Source: Chitinophagales bacterium (GTDB lineage: Bacteria > Bacteroidota > Bacteroidia > Chitinophagales > Saprospiraceae). Taken from it: 64,000 nt of DNA. The DNA lies in assembly GCA_038240665.1 (NCBI GenBank), contig JBBRGN010000001.1:1341-65340 (forward strand), in the 5' to 3' direction. Positions 38,012 to 48,464 of the stretch are shown piece by piece; position 1 is the stretch's first letter; each line of letters starts with the position of its first letter. The position numbers and the translations under genes are program-made. The notes under the pieces were generated by a model. It was given only the letters and a program-made list of their open reading frames with translations. It did no database searches and had not been told where the DNA came from.

Positions 38012-39979
38012 ATGCAACAACTGAGAAACTTTTTCTTTTTTCTTTTTCTATTTGTTTCCGTACACCTGAGCGCGCAATCTTCTTTTTATACCATATACGT
38101 AGGGGCTTTTAAAAATCCCGCGCCAGAATCTTTTCAACTTTTACAAAAACTGGGTTTTGTCTATGCCAAAGACCTCACCAATGGCGCTTATGATGTCTAC
38201 ATCGGCGGCTTTGATGTACAAAATCTAGCCGATCAAGCTTTAAAAGAAGTTCACTTGCAAGGCTATGCTGCTGCTAAAGTGGTTCAAACGCCACTTTCAG
38301 GCAAAAAAAATGTAGCCATCATTCAAGTGGCTACCTTGGAGCCTGAAAAAAGCATTGCTTGGTCAAAATTTACTCCCCTGGGCAATCTCTACATCATTCC
38401 CTACACGGATAAAGTAAAAATGACGGTTGGTATTTACAGCGATATCGAAAGCGCCAAAAAACAATTGCCAAACATTCAAAAACAGGGATTCCCGGATGCT
38501 TTTGTACGCAGCGTACACCCTGCTTTTTTGCATCCTGTTGGTTCATTTGAAAAAGGAGAAAAAACAAAAGAAGTAAGCGCTACCTTCCAGTTGGATCATG
38601 CGCAAAAAGGAAAAACGGTGGCCCTGAGTAAGAACCAGCTGCCACCTACCACCTATTCTTCTGGCGGCGTCCGTTCCTCCACTACCGCCAAAGGCATTCC
38701 TCCAAGTAACGTCAATACCAGCCCGGTACCACAAGAATACAATTTCAACCCCCAGCCGCAGCCGAATACGCCTACAGCAGGCGACTTTACCGCTACCGCC
38801 AAAACGCCTGCTACCACGCCAGTAAACCCTGGTTATCAAGTGCCGCCTGCTCGTACTTTCGCTTATGGCAATTCGCCAAGTATTGAAACAGCGGCTCCAA
38901 ATCCAGAATGGTCAAACAAGGGAGTAATCGGCGGCCCCGCTTCTACTGTACCTTCAGAATACAATTACAATACAGGCAACCCAAGCAGCAACCAAGCTGT
39001 ACGTACTGCATTTTCTCGGCGCTCCGTGGTTGAATTACAGCGTTTGTTGAAAGCTGAAAACATTTATCAAGGTCCAACCGATGGGTTTTACAATGCAACT
39101 ACCGTTCAAGCTTACCAGGCTGCCAAACAGTCGAATCCGGAGTTGGCGCGGTATCAATTGTTTGCCCAGCGGCAAGGAAAAAACATTCCGGGCAGCGCGA
39201 ATCCTCTTTTGAGTTCCATTAACCGCTTGGGCGACGATGCTTCAGCAATCAGTGCTTTAGCTTCTTCCCAACATCCGCTAGCAAGAGCTTATCAAGCTTA
39301 TCAATTGCTGGTGGCTCGCGGCCCTGGTATTGAAGTCAATAACCTGATGAATACTTCCATTCAAGGTGCCTTTGGAGGAAAAACGACGCCGGTTGTTCCT
39401 CCTTTCGATTACCGCGCCACCTACGCTTACAACGACCTGAATCAGTTGATCCTGCACTTGAACTACATCCACTCTGTGCTGGGCAACGATTATCCGGTTC
39501 CTTGCTGGTTGGCACGTCGGCATCCCAAGGAAATAGCACAAGTTCAAGCTGTTTATCAATCCTCGACCGATGCGCAATTGCCGCTCCAAAGTTGCGATGC
39601 GTTCAGCGACTGGGAGGATGTGCAGTTGTTGCAAAACATTGCGGCTGGAGTTGGCGCCAGCACGCCCCCTAGCGGTTTGTTGATGCAGGCCGCTTCGCAA
39701 CGTGCGCGCTTGTATGAAGGCAGCGCTACGGTAGAGGCCGCCCAACAGCAGCAGTTGGAAAATTGGTTGACTACGCTTTGGGGTAACCTAACGGCTTGGG
39801 GCAATCAAGATCCGCTGCACCAACAATTGGTCAAAGCCATGCGGATTTCATTTTTTGAAACCCAAGTAACAATAGAAGATTACTACCTGAGCAAAGGAAA
39901 CACGCCTGAACAGGCGCGCGGGCTAGCACTCGCCACCCAACATACTTTGGTGAGCCCTTATTTGCAGCGGTTTAATTGA
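38012..39979 (+). CDS. Exported protein with SPOR-like domains, Pro-rich linker and peptidoglycan-binding-like domain
   Basis: Signal peptide; YTIYVGAF, G.Y....A....GFPDAFV; VVELQRLLKAE.IY.GPTDG.Y...T..A. Confidence 0.7.
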   Translation: MQQLRNFFFFLFLFVSVHLSAQSSFYTIYVGAFKNPAPESFQLLQKLGFVYAKDLTNGAYDVYIGGFDVQNLADQALKEVHLQGYAAAKVVQTPLSGKKNVAIIQVATLEPEKSIAWSKFTPLGNLYIIPYTDKVKMTVGIYSDIESAKKQLPNIQKQGFPDAFVRSVHPAFLHPVGSFEKGEKTKEVSATFQLDHAQKGKTVALSKNQLPPTTYSSGGVRSSTTAKGIPPSNVNTSPVPQEYNFNPQPQPNTPTAGDFTATAKTPATTPVNPGYQVPPARTFAYGNSPSIETAAPNPEWSNKGVIGGPASTVPSEYNYNTGNPSSNQAVRTAFSRRSVVELQRLLKAENIYQGPTDGFYNATTVQAYQAAKQSNPELARYQLFAQRQGKNIPGSANPLLSSINRLGDDASAISALASSQHPLARAYQAYQLLVARGPGIEVNNLMNTSIQGAFGGKTTPVVPPFDYRATYAYNDLNQLILHLNYIHSVLGNDYPVPCWLARRHPKEIAQVQAVYQSSTDAQLPLQSCDAFSDWEDVQLLQNIAAGVGASTPPSGLLMQAASQRARLYEGSATVEAAQQQQLENWLTTLWGNLTAWGNQDPLHQQLVKAMRISFFETQVTIEDYYLSKGNTPEQARGLALATQHTLVSPYLQRFN

Positions 39980-40023
39980 AAAAAATAGCGTTGGTAGGTC
40001 GCCGTTTTAGGCGCACATTATTG

Positions 40024-40059
40024 ACAAAGAGATGCAAGTGAAAGCTTGCGTCTCTTTGT
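40024..40059 (+). terminator. Terminator-like hairpin
   Basis: ACAAAGAGATGCAAG-TGAAAG-CTTGCGTCTCTTTGT. Confidence 0.65.
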
Positions 40060-40135
40060 GGTTTAGAGCGGAAAAAAAAGGTGCAAATACGAAGTTTTTT
40101 CTTTTTTTTGAGAAAATCTCTCCTATAATACTCAA

Positions 40136-41039
40136 ATGCTCGTAGAATTCACTGTCGGCAATTTCCTACCATTTAAAGAAAAGCAAGTCTTAAGCCTGCA
40201 AGCGACACCTATTAAAAATTATCCTGACTCCCCGCCAATTTTAACGGGGCGCTACAAATTACTTAGAGGGGCTATAATTTATGGTGCCAACGCTAAGTGC
40301 GCCATACACTGGTTTAACAATTTCATTGCCATTTCTAGGTCTTAGCCAGGAAGGGTACAAAGCCATTACTTTTAAGCTGTTAGAAAGTGACAAGACAAAA
40401 AATGCCTTGCAAGATTTTTACAATCAACTCGATTTAGGTTTTGACGACATTAAGATCATCAAAAAAACATTCGATCCGGGGGAATTGACCAAAGATATTG
40501 CCGAAGCATCGCTAAAGCAAATAGCAAGTGATTTGGAAGGAAAAACAATCATTAATGTAAAAACGCTACATAAAAAGTTCAATGCCTACAATGAAATAGT
40601 TAAAATCGAAGAATTTGACTTAAGAAGTCTAGAATCATCTGGAACCAATAAACTTTTTAATATTTCAGGTCCAATATTCGATGTATTATCAAATGGAGGG
40701 GTCTTGATTATTGATGAGTTAGATGCCAGTATGCATCCGCTGCTCACCTTGGCTATATCCAAACTTTTTAATTCTGTTGAACACAACCCACACAATGCTC
40801 AATTGATTTTTTCTACACATGATACCAATCTTTTGAGTTATGGCAATTACCGGCGCGACCAAATCTTTTTTATTGAAAAAGATGCATTTGGTGCCTCAAA
40901 TCTCTATTCCCTAGTAGAATACAAAGAGGAAGGGAGAAAAATCCGCAATGATCGCTCTTTTGAGAAAGATTATATTCAAGGACGTTATAGCGCTATTCCA
41001 CAAATAGGAGACCTTATAACGCTTTTCGTTAATGGCTAG
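40136..41039 (+). pseudogene. RloA/AbiLi-type AAA_21 ATPase pseudogene (internal deletion through Walker A plus frameshift)
   Basis: MLVEFTVGNF..FK, IYGANA then break (no SGKS); extra base near 40337; C-terminal ESSGT, IIDELDASMHP, QLIFSTHD, RRDQIFF.EK, YIQGRY. Confidence 0.85.
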
Positions 41040-41740
41040 AAAAATTAAGATTGACCCAATTGTTCTAAAAAGACGTGAACGGCAAGAGGCAAAACGGGCA
41101 ATTGATATAAAACAAAAAAGAAAACATTATCTCATTGTCTGTGAAGGCGAAAAGACAGAACCCAATTATTTTGAAGCACTGAAATCTGCCTTGCCTACAG
41201 GAGTATTGGATGTGTTTGATATCAGCGTACAAGGTATTGGCTACAATACCGAAAGTCTTGTAAAACAAGCCATTGAGTTAAGAAAAAAACTGGAAACAAA
41301 ATCTAATCGACAAATTATGGGTTGTTTTTGATAAAGATAGCTTTACATCGGCATCCTTCAACAACGCCATATCCTTATGTGAAAAGACTTCAAAAACGGA
41401 AGCAGCCTGGAGCAATGAGGCTTTTGAACTGTGGTATTTACTCCATTTTGAATATTACAATACCGGAATAACCCGGGAAAGTTACAAACTAAGGATTCAA
41501 CAAAATTTAAGAAATCGAGGTCTAACCATTTTTGTATATGAAAAAAACAGACCCGACATGTTTCAGATACTCACCCAATTTGGCGACCGCAATCTCGCTG
41601 TGAAGCACGCTCTGAAATTAGAAAACATCTATTCCGGCGCGCATGATTTTGCCAATCAAAATCCTTGCTCAACGGTATATAAGCTTGTTTCTGAGTTATT
41701 TAGTTTGGAACATTTATTAAAAAACGACGAAAAGGGATAA
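41032..41740 (+). pseudogene. RloB/AbiLii-type protein, frameshifted
   Basis: LIVCEGEKTEPNYF in frame 1; after about 41290-41315 the +1 frame gives LWVVFDKD, AWSNEAFELWYLLHF, NPCSTVYKLV to stop 41740. Confidence 0.87.
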
Positions 41741-41831
41741 TTATTCAGGGCTTATTTTTCCAGAAACAATCCCCTTGAATCCGCCAAAGAATAAACTTTG
41801 ACATTTTTCCAAATACCAAGTTCTTATAACT

Positions 41832-44819
41832 TCAATCCGGATCCTCCAACGAAGTAAAATAAACCGGCGTCTGTACCGCCCGACCGCGAATGGATTTGTA
41901 CACCACCGACTGAATCCGCTGGCGGATGTCCAACCGTTCCAAACGGGTATTGTGCATCGATGGATAAGTCCGGTTGGATAAGAAGATATACACCAAATTC
42001 GAGCTGGGATCCACCCAGGCGCAAGTACCCGTAAAACCAGTATGCCCAAAAGTGCGATTGGAAGCCAAAGAGGACATATTGGAAGGCTGGCTGCCCAACG
42101 GAAACATATCAAAACCCATCCCTCTTCGAGCGCTGCGCTGATGACGGGTAGTAAAATCATTCACTGTTTGGCTTTCCAGGAAACGGTGCCGGCCGTAATA
42201 GCCTTTTTGTAACAACAGCTGCATGATAACCGCCAAATCATTGGCAGAGGCAAACAGTCCTGCATGACCGCTCACGCCGCCCAGCATGGCTGCTCCCATG
42301 TCGTGTACATATCCTTGCACGCGTTGCATGCGAAAATACCGATCTTCTTCCGTAGGTGGCATGCGTTTGATGGGGAATCGCTCGCTGGGATTAAAGCTGG
42401 TATTTTGCAATCCAAGCGGTTGATAGAAAGTTTCATCCGCGTAAGCATCCAAAGGCTTGCCTGTCTGTTTTTGTACCATTTTGGCAAAAAGGTAAAAACC
42501 AAGATCGCTATATTTATAATTGGTATTGGGGCGTAGATCCGACATCCGGATTTCGTGCATCACGGTGTCCATATAATCCCGACGTAGAAAAAGATTGGCG
42601 GCCACGGGCACATTGAAAGAGTCAGTAGGCTCGTAACGGTAATATTGATAAGAAGGTTTGCCAATGAATTCAGGTTCTTTGGAAAGGGTTTCTTTGTAAA
42701 AAGGAAGCCAATTGGTAAGCCCGGCGTAATGCGCCATGATGTCCGAGATCACCATGCCGTTTTTATTGGTTCCCTGCAATTCAGGTAAAAACTGACTCAG
42801 CGGTTTATGAATATCCACTTTGCCTTCTTCCACTAAATTCATCATCGACAAGGTAGTTGCTGCTACTTTGGTCAAAGAGGCCAAGTCAAAAATATCATCC
42901 ACTTGCATGGGTTCGTCCTTGGCATAGGTATGATAGCCGTAAGCTTTTTGAAAAACAATTTGCCCATCCTTAGCCACCAGCACCACACAGCCTGGAGCCG
43001 CGCCGCTGCTGATGCACTCATTTGCCACCAAATCAATGCGGTTAAGTGTATCCATGCTCATGCCCACTGCTTCAGGGAGAGAATAACCAAACCGGGCGGC
43101 AGTAGAAGTTTCAACTCCACCATTAAACTTGCTAAGTGGGGAAGCGGTCACAGGCAAACGGCCATGCATGCCAAAAGCGCCAAAAAGCGCTTGCGCAGCA
43201 AGATCTTGTACGGTTTCTTCGCCATCGTAGGCATCCAATACCCAATTAAATTCATCAAAATATTTCAAGCAATAAGGAGATCCGAAGACGGTCAATACCA
43301 CTCGGGTGCGGGCATTCAGTTTTTTCAAAAAATCGATGGTGCTTTGGGTAAGCCCATAGTTTTTTGCCGCAAACTGACTCATGTCGTGTAATCCGACGAC
43401 AACCACCTTGAATTTTGTCAATTGCCCAAGCAACTGTGCCTGCCGATCCTCGCTGAGTTCTTTTTCGGCTTGTAAGTGCGTCATTTTTGCATAAGATGCC
43501 AAGCGATTTTGAAAAGGGGTTTGGGCGCTGGCGCCAATACTCAAGGAAGCAAAAGAAAGGGTATCCAAACGACCAAAAGGCACCAAGCGGTCTTTGTTGC
43601 GCACCATAGTGAGCGCATTTTTGATGAGTTCGCGGCGGAGCTGTTCGGCGGCGGGCGTACTCAAATCACGGCGCACATTTTCAACAGGAATAGCCGTGTA
43701 TTTGGTCAGCCCCAAACGGTATTTGTTGTGCAGTACTCTTCGCACACTTTCTTCTATTTGTTCTTTGCTGAGTTTGCCTTCGCTGATGTAGGATTTTATG
43801 AGATTGAGCCCCGCTTCGATGTTTTCAGGAACACAAAGGACGTCATTACCCGCTAAGATCGATTCCGCTTCCGCCAAGCCATTGGAAAAGTTTTTGGTCA
43901 AAGCTTTCATTTCCATCCCGTCGGTAAAAATCAGGCCTTGGAAGTTAAGCGATCGGCGTAAAAGATTGGTGATGGTATTGCGAGAAAGAGAGGTAGGACG
44001 GTTGGGGCGGTCGTCTAGTACTGGAACTTGCAAATGGCCTACCATTACACTTCCTACACCATAATTGACCAAGGCGCGAAACGGATACAACTCCGTGCTA
44101 TCCAAATGAGCCATGCTGTAATTGATAACCGGCAGGTCGAAATGAGAATCGGTATTGGTATCGCCATGACCAGGAAAGTGCTTGGCGCAGGCCAAAACGC
44201 CGTTGTCCTGCATGCCTTTCATATACATGTATCCCTTGGTGGTTACATTGTCGCGGTCTTCGCCAAAAGAGCGGTAATTGATGACCGGATTGGCGGAGTT
44301 GTTGTTGATGTCCACATCGGGAGCAAAGTTGACATTGATACCTACCCGACGGCATTGACGGGCAATTTCTTGCCCCATTTTGTAGATCAAGTCGTTGTCT
44401 TGTATCGCCCCAAGCATCAATTGCCGAGGAAAACTCATGGTAGAAGCAACCATGCGCATCCCCAATCCCCACTCGCCATCGATGGCCACCATTAAAGGAA
44501 ATCGCGACTGTGCTTGGTAGCGGTTGATTAATTCGACTTGTTTTTCGGGAGTTCCTTGAAAAAAACAGAGCGAACCAACGTGGAATTTGCGGATTTGCTC
44601 TTCCACCTGGGCGATATGTTCAGGCCCTTTATCCGAATGCGCTCTGATCATCACCAATTGTCCCAAACGCTCATCTTGCGACATCACCTGGTAAACAGAA
44701 TCAACCCAGTGGCTTTCGGCAGCAGTAGGCGTTTGCAGGCTAGATATTTTTTGAGCTTGGAGGTGTAACGCACTACATGCCAATACCACCATCAATGTGA
44801 TCAACGCTTTCATAGTCAT
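41832..44819 (-). CDS. GH3 beta-N-acetylglucosaminidase fused to a serine-hydrolase (beta-lactamase-fold) domain
   Basis: IDGEWG, NFAPDVD, RSFGE, KHFPGHGDT..DSH, FTDGMEM; C-terminal ASLTK, YSDLG, VHD, GHAGLF, GHTGFTG. Confidence 0.93.
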   Translation of the reverse strand: MTMKALITLMVVLACSALHLQAQKISSLQTPTAAESHWVDSVYQVMSQDERLGQLVMIRAHSDKGPEHIAQVEEQIRKFHVGSLCFFQGTPEKQVELINRYQAQSRFPLMVAIDGEWGLGMRMVASTMSFPRQLMLGAIQDNDLIYKMGQEIARQCRRVGINVNFAPDVDINNNSANPVINYRSFGEDRDNVTTKGYMYMKGMQDNGVLACAKHFPGHGDTNTDSHFDLPVINYSMAHLDSTELYPFRALVNYGVGSVMVGHLQVPVLDDRPNRPTSLSRNTITNLLRRSLNFQGLIFTDGMEMKALTKNFSNGLAEAESILAGNDVLCVPENIEAGLNLIKSYISEGKLSKEQIEESVRRVLHNKYRLGLTKYTAIPVENVRRDLSTPAAEQLRRELIKNALTMVRNKDRLVPFGRLDTLSFASLSIGASAQTPFQNRLASYAKMTHLQAEKELSEDRQAQLLGQLTKFKVVVVGLHDMSQFAAKNYGLTQSTIDFLKKLNARTRVVLTVFGSPYCLKYFDEFNWVLDAYDGEETVQDLAAQALFGAFGMHGRLPVTASPLSKFNGGVETSTAARFGYSLPEAVGMSMDTLNRIDLVANECISSGAAPGCVVLVAKDGQIVFQKAYGYHTYAKDEPMQVDDIFDLASLTKVAATTLSMMNLVEEGKVDIHKPLSQFLPELQGTNKNGMVISDIMAHYAGLTNWLPFYKETLSKEPEFIGKPSYQYYRYEPTDSFNVPVAANLFLRRDYMDTVMHEIRMSDLRPNTNYKYSDLGFYLFAKMVQKQTGKPLDAYADETFYQPLGLQNTSFNPSERFPIKRMPPTEEDRYFRMQRVQGYVHDMGAAMLGGVSGHAGLFASANDLAVIMQLLLQKGYYGRHRFLESQTVNDFTTRHQRSARRGMGFDMFPLGSQPSNMSSLASNRTFGHTGFTGTCAWVDPSSNLVYIFLSNRTYPSMHNTRLERLDIRQRIQSVVYKSIRGRAVQTPVYFTSLEDPD

Positions 44820-45290
44820 CTTAATTTTTCCAGTTTCCTTGTAGATTGGGCTTATAACTCTAGTCAGTAGTACCCTAAAAAACACTCGTATTCTGGGTGA
44901 ACGGATAACACAACCATGGGTACGGCTACGATATTAGCCAAGATGCGTAAATATAACCAGCTCAGCGGGCAAAAAAAATCCCCAAGGCACTTTTATACCT
45001 GCATTTGCAGGAATTTATCGTTTCTCCACTTTCCAGCTCTTAAATTTAATATTTCTCCAGGATTATTAAGCATTTCGCAATTTATTCGTAAAATATTAAC
45101 TTTTGCCTTATTTTGTTTCCAAGTTACTTTTGTCCTAAAAATATATTTCAAGCCATTATTCAGGTTACCAATTTTCTAAGATAATGGCTACATTTCGATC
45201 GATTATCTTAGAAGTACTGTACTGTGTTTCTTTACTTCAATATCTTCACCTACATTTAAAATCAAATTTCATCACTCGTAAAATTTCTAT

Positions 45291-47000
45291 ATGAATAAGC
45301 GATCCTTGGCCTTAACGGCAGCTTTCCTTATTGGATGGCTCACCACCGTTTTGGCTCAAAGTACCGACGAAGCCCTTCAGCCGGTCACCAAAACTTTTGC
45401 TTTTAAAAATGTAACGATTGTCGTAAAACCAGGCCAGATCATCCAAAACGGAACCATCGTCATTAAGGATGGACTCATTAGTGCTGTTGGCCAAAACGTA
45501 GCCATCCCTGCTGATGCCCGCGTGATGCCTGCAGATTCCCTTTTTGTTTATGCTGGATTTATTGATGGCTTGTCCAATACTGGCATCCCAAAACCAGAAC
45601 CCCGTCCTGGAGAAGCGCAGGGTCCAGGCCAACAACGCGGTCAAGCACAACCCGGCAGAAATCCTGGCACCCCCACCAATGAACAGGCGGGTATTCAACC
45701 AGAGTTGCGCCCTCGTGATCTGATTAATCCCAAGGATAAGTCGATTGAGGAAATGCGCAAACTTGGTTTTACAGCTGCACAGGTAGTACCTAATGGAAAA
45801 ATGTTGCCCGGTAGCAGCGCGGTGATTTTGTTGGGTGGCGCTACCGCTGATGCCATGCTGGTAAAGGAAAACGTGGCGCTTTTTGCTACGCTATCACCGG
45901 CCACTGGCGGTTTTTATCCCAATACGGTCATTGGTGTGATGTCCAAATTCCGGGAATTCTACAAACAGGCAGAACAAAATAAAGCGCACGAAAAAATGTA
46001 CGCTGCCAATCCGGTCGGTATGGAACGCCCTACAGCCAGTCGCTCGTTTAGTGCTTTGTACCCGGTTATCGAAAAACAGCAATCAATCTCTTTCTTGGCA
46101 CCTGATTTGAAGTCGATCTACCGTGTTTTTGCGCTTCAACAAGACCTCAATTTTCAGCTCATTTTGAGTGGCGTAAGACAAGGCTGGTTGTTGGCTGACC
46201 AAATTAAGGCCAAGAATATTCCTGTACTATTGTCGCTAGATTTACCAAAAGCGCCCGATAAAAAGGATGCGAAAAAGGATTCAACTGCCGCTAAAGATCC
46301 GGAAATGGTAAGTTTGGAAAAGCGCCGTGCCGAGGAAATGAAAAACTATGAAACCCAAGCTGCCGTTTTTGCTGGCAAGGGCATCACCTTTGGTTTTTCG
46401 GCCTACAATGCCAAAACCGCCGATATCCGCGAAAGTTTGCGCCGCATGGTCAAAGGTGGATTGAAAGAAGATCAGGCTTTGGCAGCACTTACCACTACTC
46501 CTGCCGAAATGTTAGGTGTATCAAAAACAATGGGCAGTGTGGAAAAAGGCAAAATGGCGAACCTCGTAGTAACCAAAAAACCTTACTTCGACGAAAAATC
46601 AGCGGTACGCTATGTTTTTGTAGATGGTATGCCTTACGAATATGAGATCACTCCAACCAAACCTGTCGATGCCAACGCCAAGGTAAAAGCCGCTGGAAAA
46701 TGGTCGTACAAAATTGAAATCCCTGGCCAACAAGCAGATGGCATTTTCAACTTAACCGATGAGGGGGGCAAAATTGGTGGAACCTGGGTAAGCAGCCAAG
46801 ATGGTCAAGCACGCCCTATATCCGCTGCCGAACTAAAAGGCAATCAATTGACTTTTAGTGCTGTTGCTAATGTTGGCGGTCGCGATATACCTTTAGATTT
46901 TGAACTTACCCTTGAGTCTGCCAAATTTACGGGCAAGGTAAAGGCTGGAAACTTTGGCACTTTTGATGTTGCCGGAACACGCGATGGCGATCCGAAATAA
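45291..47000 (+). CDS. Amidohydrolase-family protein (metal ligands absent) with C-terminal beta domain
   Basis: Signal peptide; YAGFIDGLSN, LT..PA..LG...MGSVEKGKMANLVV. Confidence 0.85.
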   Translation: MNKRSLALTAAFLIGWLTTVLAQSTDEALQPVTKTFAFKNVTIVVKPGQIIQNGTIVIKDGLISAVGQNVAIPADARVMPADSLFVYAGFIDGLSNTGIPKPEPRPGEAQGPGQQRGQAQPGRNPGTPTNEQAGIQPELRPRDLINPKDKSIEEMRKLGFTAAQVVPNGKMLPGSSAVILLGGATADAMLVKENVALFATLSPATGGFYPNTVIGVMSKFREFYKQAEQNKAHEKMYAANPVGMERPTASRSFSALYPVIEKQQSISFLAPDLKSIYRVFALQQDLNFQLILSGVRQGWLLADQIKAKNIPVLLSLDLPKAPDKKDAKKDSTAAKDPEMVSLEKRRAEEMKNYETQAAVFAGKGITFGFSAYNAKTADIRESLRRMVKGGLKEDQALAALTTTPAEMLGVSKTMGSVEKGKMANLVVTKKPYFDEKSAVRYVFVDGMPYEYEITPTKPVDANAKVKAAGKWSYKIEIPGQQADGIFNLTDEGGKIGGTWVSSQDGQARPISAAELKGNQLTFSAVANVGGRDIPLDFELTLESAKFTGKVKAGNFGTFDVAGTRDGDPK

Positions 47001-47026
47001 TTTTTTATTCCAAAAAAGGAACACCA

Positions 47027-48400
47027 ATGAAAAAATATTTTCACTTCATATGCTTATTGCTATTGAGTCCGCTGTTTTTGCTGGCTCAGTCAAAAACGGG
47101 TAGCCTGTTGATCAAAAACGGCACGGTGCTGACCATCACCAAAGGCAATTTGTCGAATACAGATGTGCTTATCGTTGATGGAAAAATCAAGCAAATTGGC
47201 GCCAATATTACTGCCCCGGCAGGTGTCAAAACCATCGATGCTACGGGAAAGTTCGTCATGCCCGGCATCATCGACGCGCACTCCCACATCGGGATCGACG
47301 CCGTCAATGAGGCTTCCAATCCCATCACGTCAGAAGTAGCAGTAGGCGACGCACTCAACCCTATGGACATCGGCATCTACCGTGCTTTGGCGGGTGGAAC
47401 TACCTCGTCTCATGCCATGCACGGTTCGGCCAATGCTATCGGCGGTCAGTGCCAGACCATCAAACACCGCTACGGAACTATGAATCCTGAAGACTTGCGG
47501 ATGGAAGGCGCGCCGCGCACCATCAAGTTTGCTTTGGGCGAAAACCCCAAGCGGGTACATGGTGAAGGTAGAGGCATCCAGCCACGTACACGGATGGGTG
47601 TGGAGCAAGTTATCCGCAAAGGATTGGATGAGGCACGCAATTATGCAGCGGCGGTCAAAAAGTACCAAGAGGAGAAAAAAACCAATCCTAATGCGCTCCC
47701 TCCTACCTACAACCGCCGTTCAGAAGTGTTGGCAGGTGTATTGAGCGGTGATATTTTGATCCATTGTCACTCTTATCGTGCCGACGAGATCTTGATGATG
47801 CTCAACGTTTGCAAAGATTATGGCATCAAAAAAATTACTTTCCAACACGTCAATGAAGGATTCAAAGTAGCACCGGAGTTGGCTAAATTTGGCGCTAGCG
47901 CTTCCGTTTTTGCCGATTGGTGGGCGTACAAGTTTGAAGTATACTATTCTACTGCTTACAATGCTGCTATTTTGACCAAAAACGGTGTACTCACTTCCAT
48001 CAACTCTGATTCACCAGATTACATCCGTCACTTGTACCACGAAGCCGCTAAAACTCAACGTTATGGCGGACTTACCGACGAGGAAGCTTTGGCATTGATC
48101 ACCATCAATCCAGCCAAGCAATTGGGTATTGAAAATCGGGTGGGTTCATTGGAAGTAGGCAAAGAAGCCGATGTGGTGATTTTTGACAATCATCCGCTAT
48201 CCATTTACGCCGTTCCTCAAGTGACGATTGTCGATGGCATCATCCGGTTTGATCGTCAAAATGACGCCGATGACCAGCGCTTGGAAGTTGACCCCATCAA
48301 GGCGATTGCTACTTATTCCCGCGCCAAACACGACGTAGAGGATGATCGCTGCTTGGATGGCGTTTTTGAGATAAACCTGGACTGGTTTAAAAACGAATAA
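47027..48400 (+). CDS. Amidohydrolase-family metalloenzyme
   Basis: Signal peptide; PGIIDAHSH, IKFALGENPK, IHCHSYR, FQHVNEG, INSD, TINPA..LG..RVGSLEVGKEAD. Confidence 0.92.
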   Translation: MKKYFHFICLLLLSPLFLLAQSKTGSLLIKNGTVLTITKGNLSNTDVLIVDGKIKQIGANITAPAGVKTIDATGKFVMPGIIDAHSHIGIDAVNEASNPITSEVAVGDALNPMDIGIYRALAGGTTSSHAMHGSANAIGGQCQTIKHRYGTMNPEDLRMEGAPRTIKFALGENPKRVHGEGRGIQPRTRMGVEQVIRKGLDEARNYAAAVKKYQEEKKTNPNALPPTYNRRSEVLAGVLSGDILIHCHSYRADEILMMLNVCKDYGIKKITFQHVNEGFKVAPELAKFGASASVFADWWAYKFEVYYSTAYNAAILTKNGVLTSINSDSPDYIRHLYHEAAKTQRYGGLTDEEALALITINPAKQLGIENRVGSLEVGKEADVVIFDNHPLSIYAVPQVTIVDGIIRFDRQNDADDQRLEVDPIKAIATYSRAKHDVEDDRCLDGVFEINLDWFKNE

Positions 48401-48464
48401 TTGGCTTTTGCTGTAGAAAAAACAGGGCCTTCGGGTCTTTTTTCAAGGCATAAAAATAAAAACC

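Noticed and set aside
41281-41305. Programmed -1 frameshift at A-AAA-AAA in rloB
   Set aside because: The -1 frame hits TAA within a few codons; the continuation is in the +1 frame
41832-43050. Beta-lactamase domain as an antibiotic-resistance gene
   Set aside because: It is the usual serine-hydrolase domain fused to GH3 in Bacteroidota
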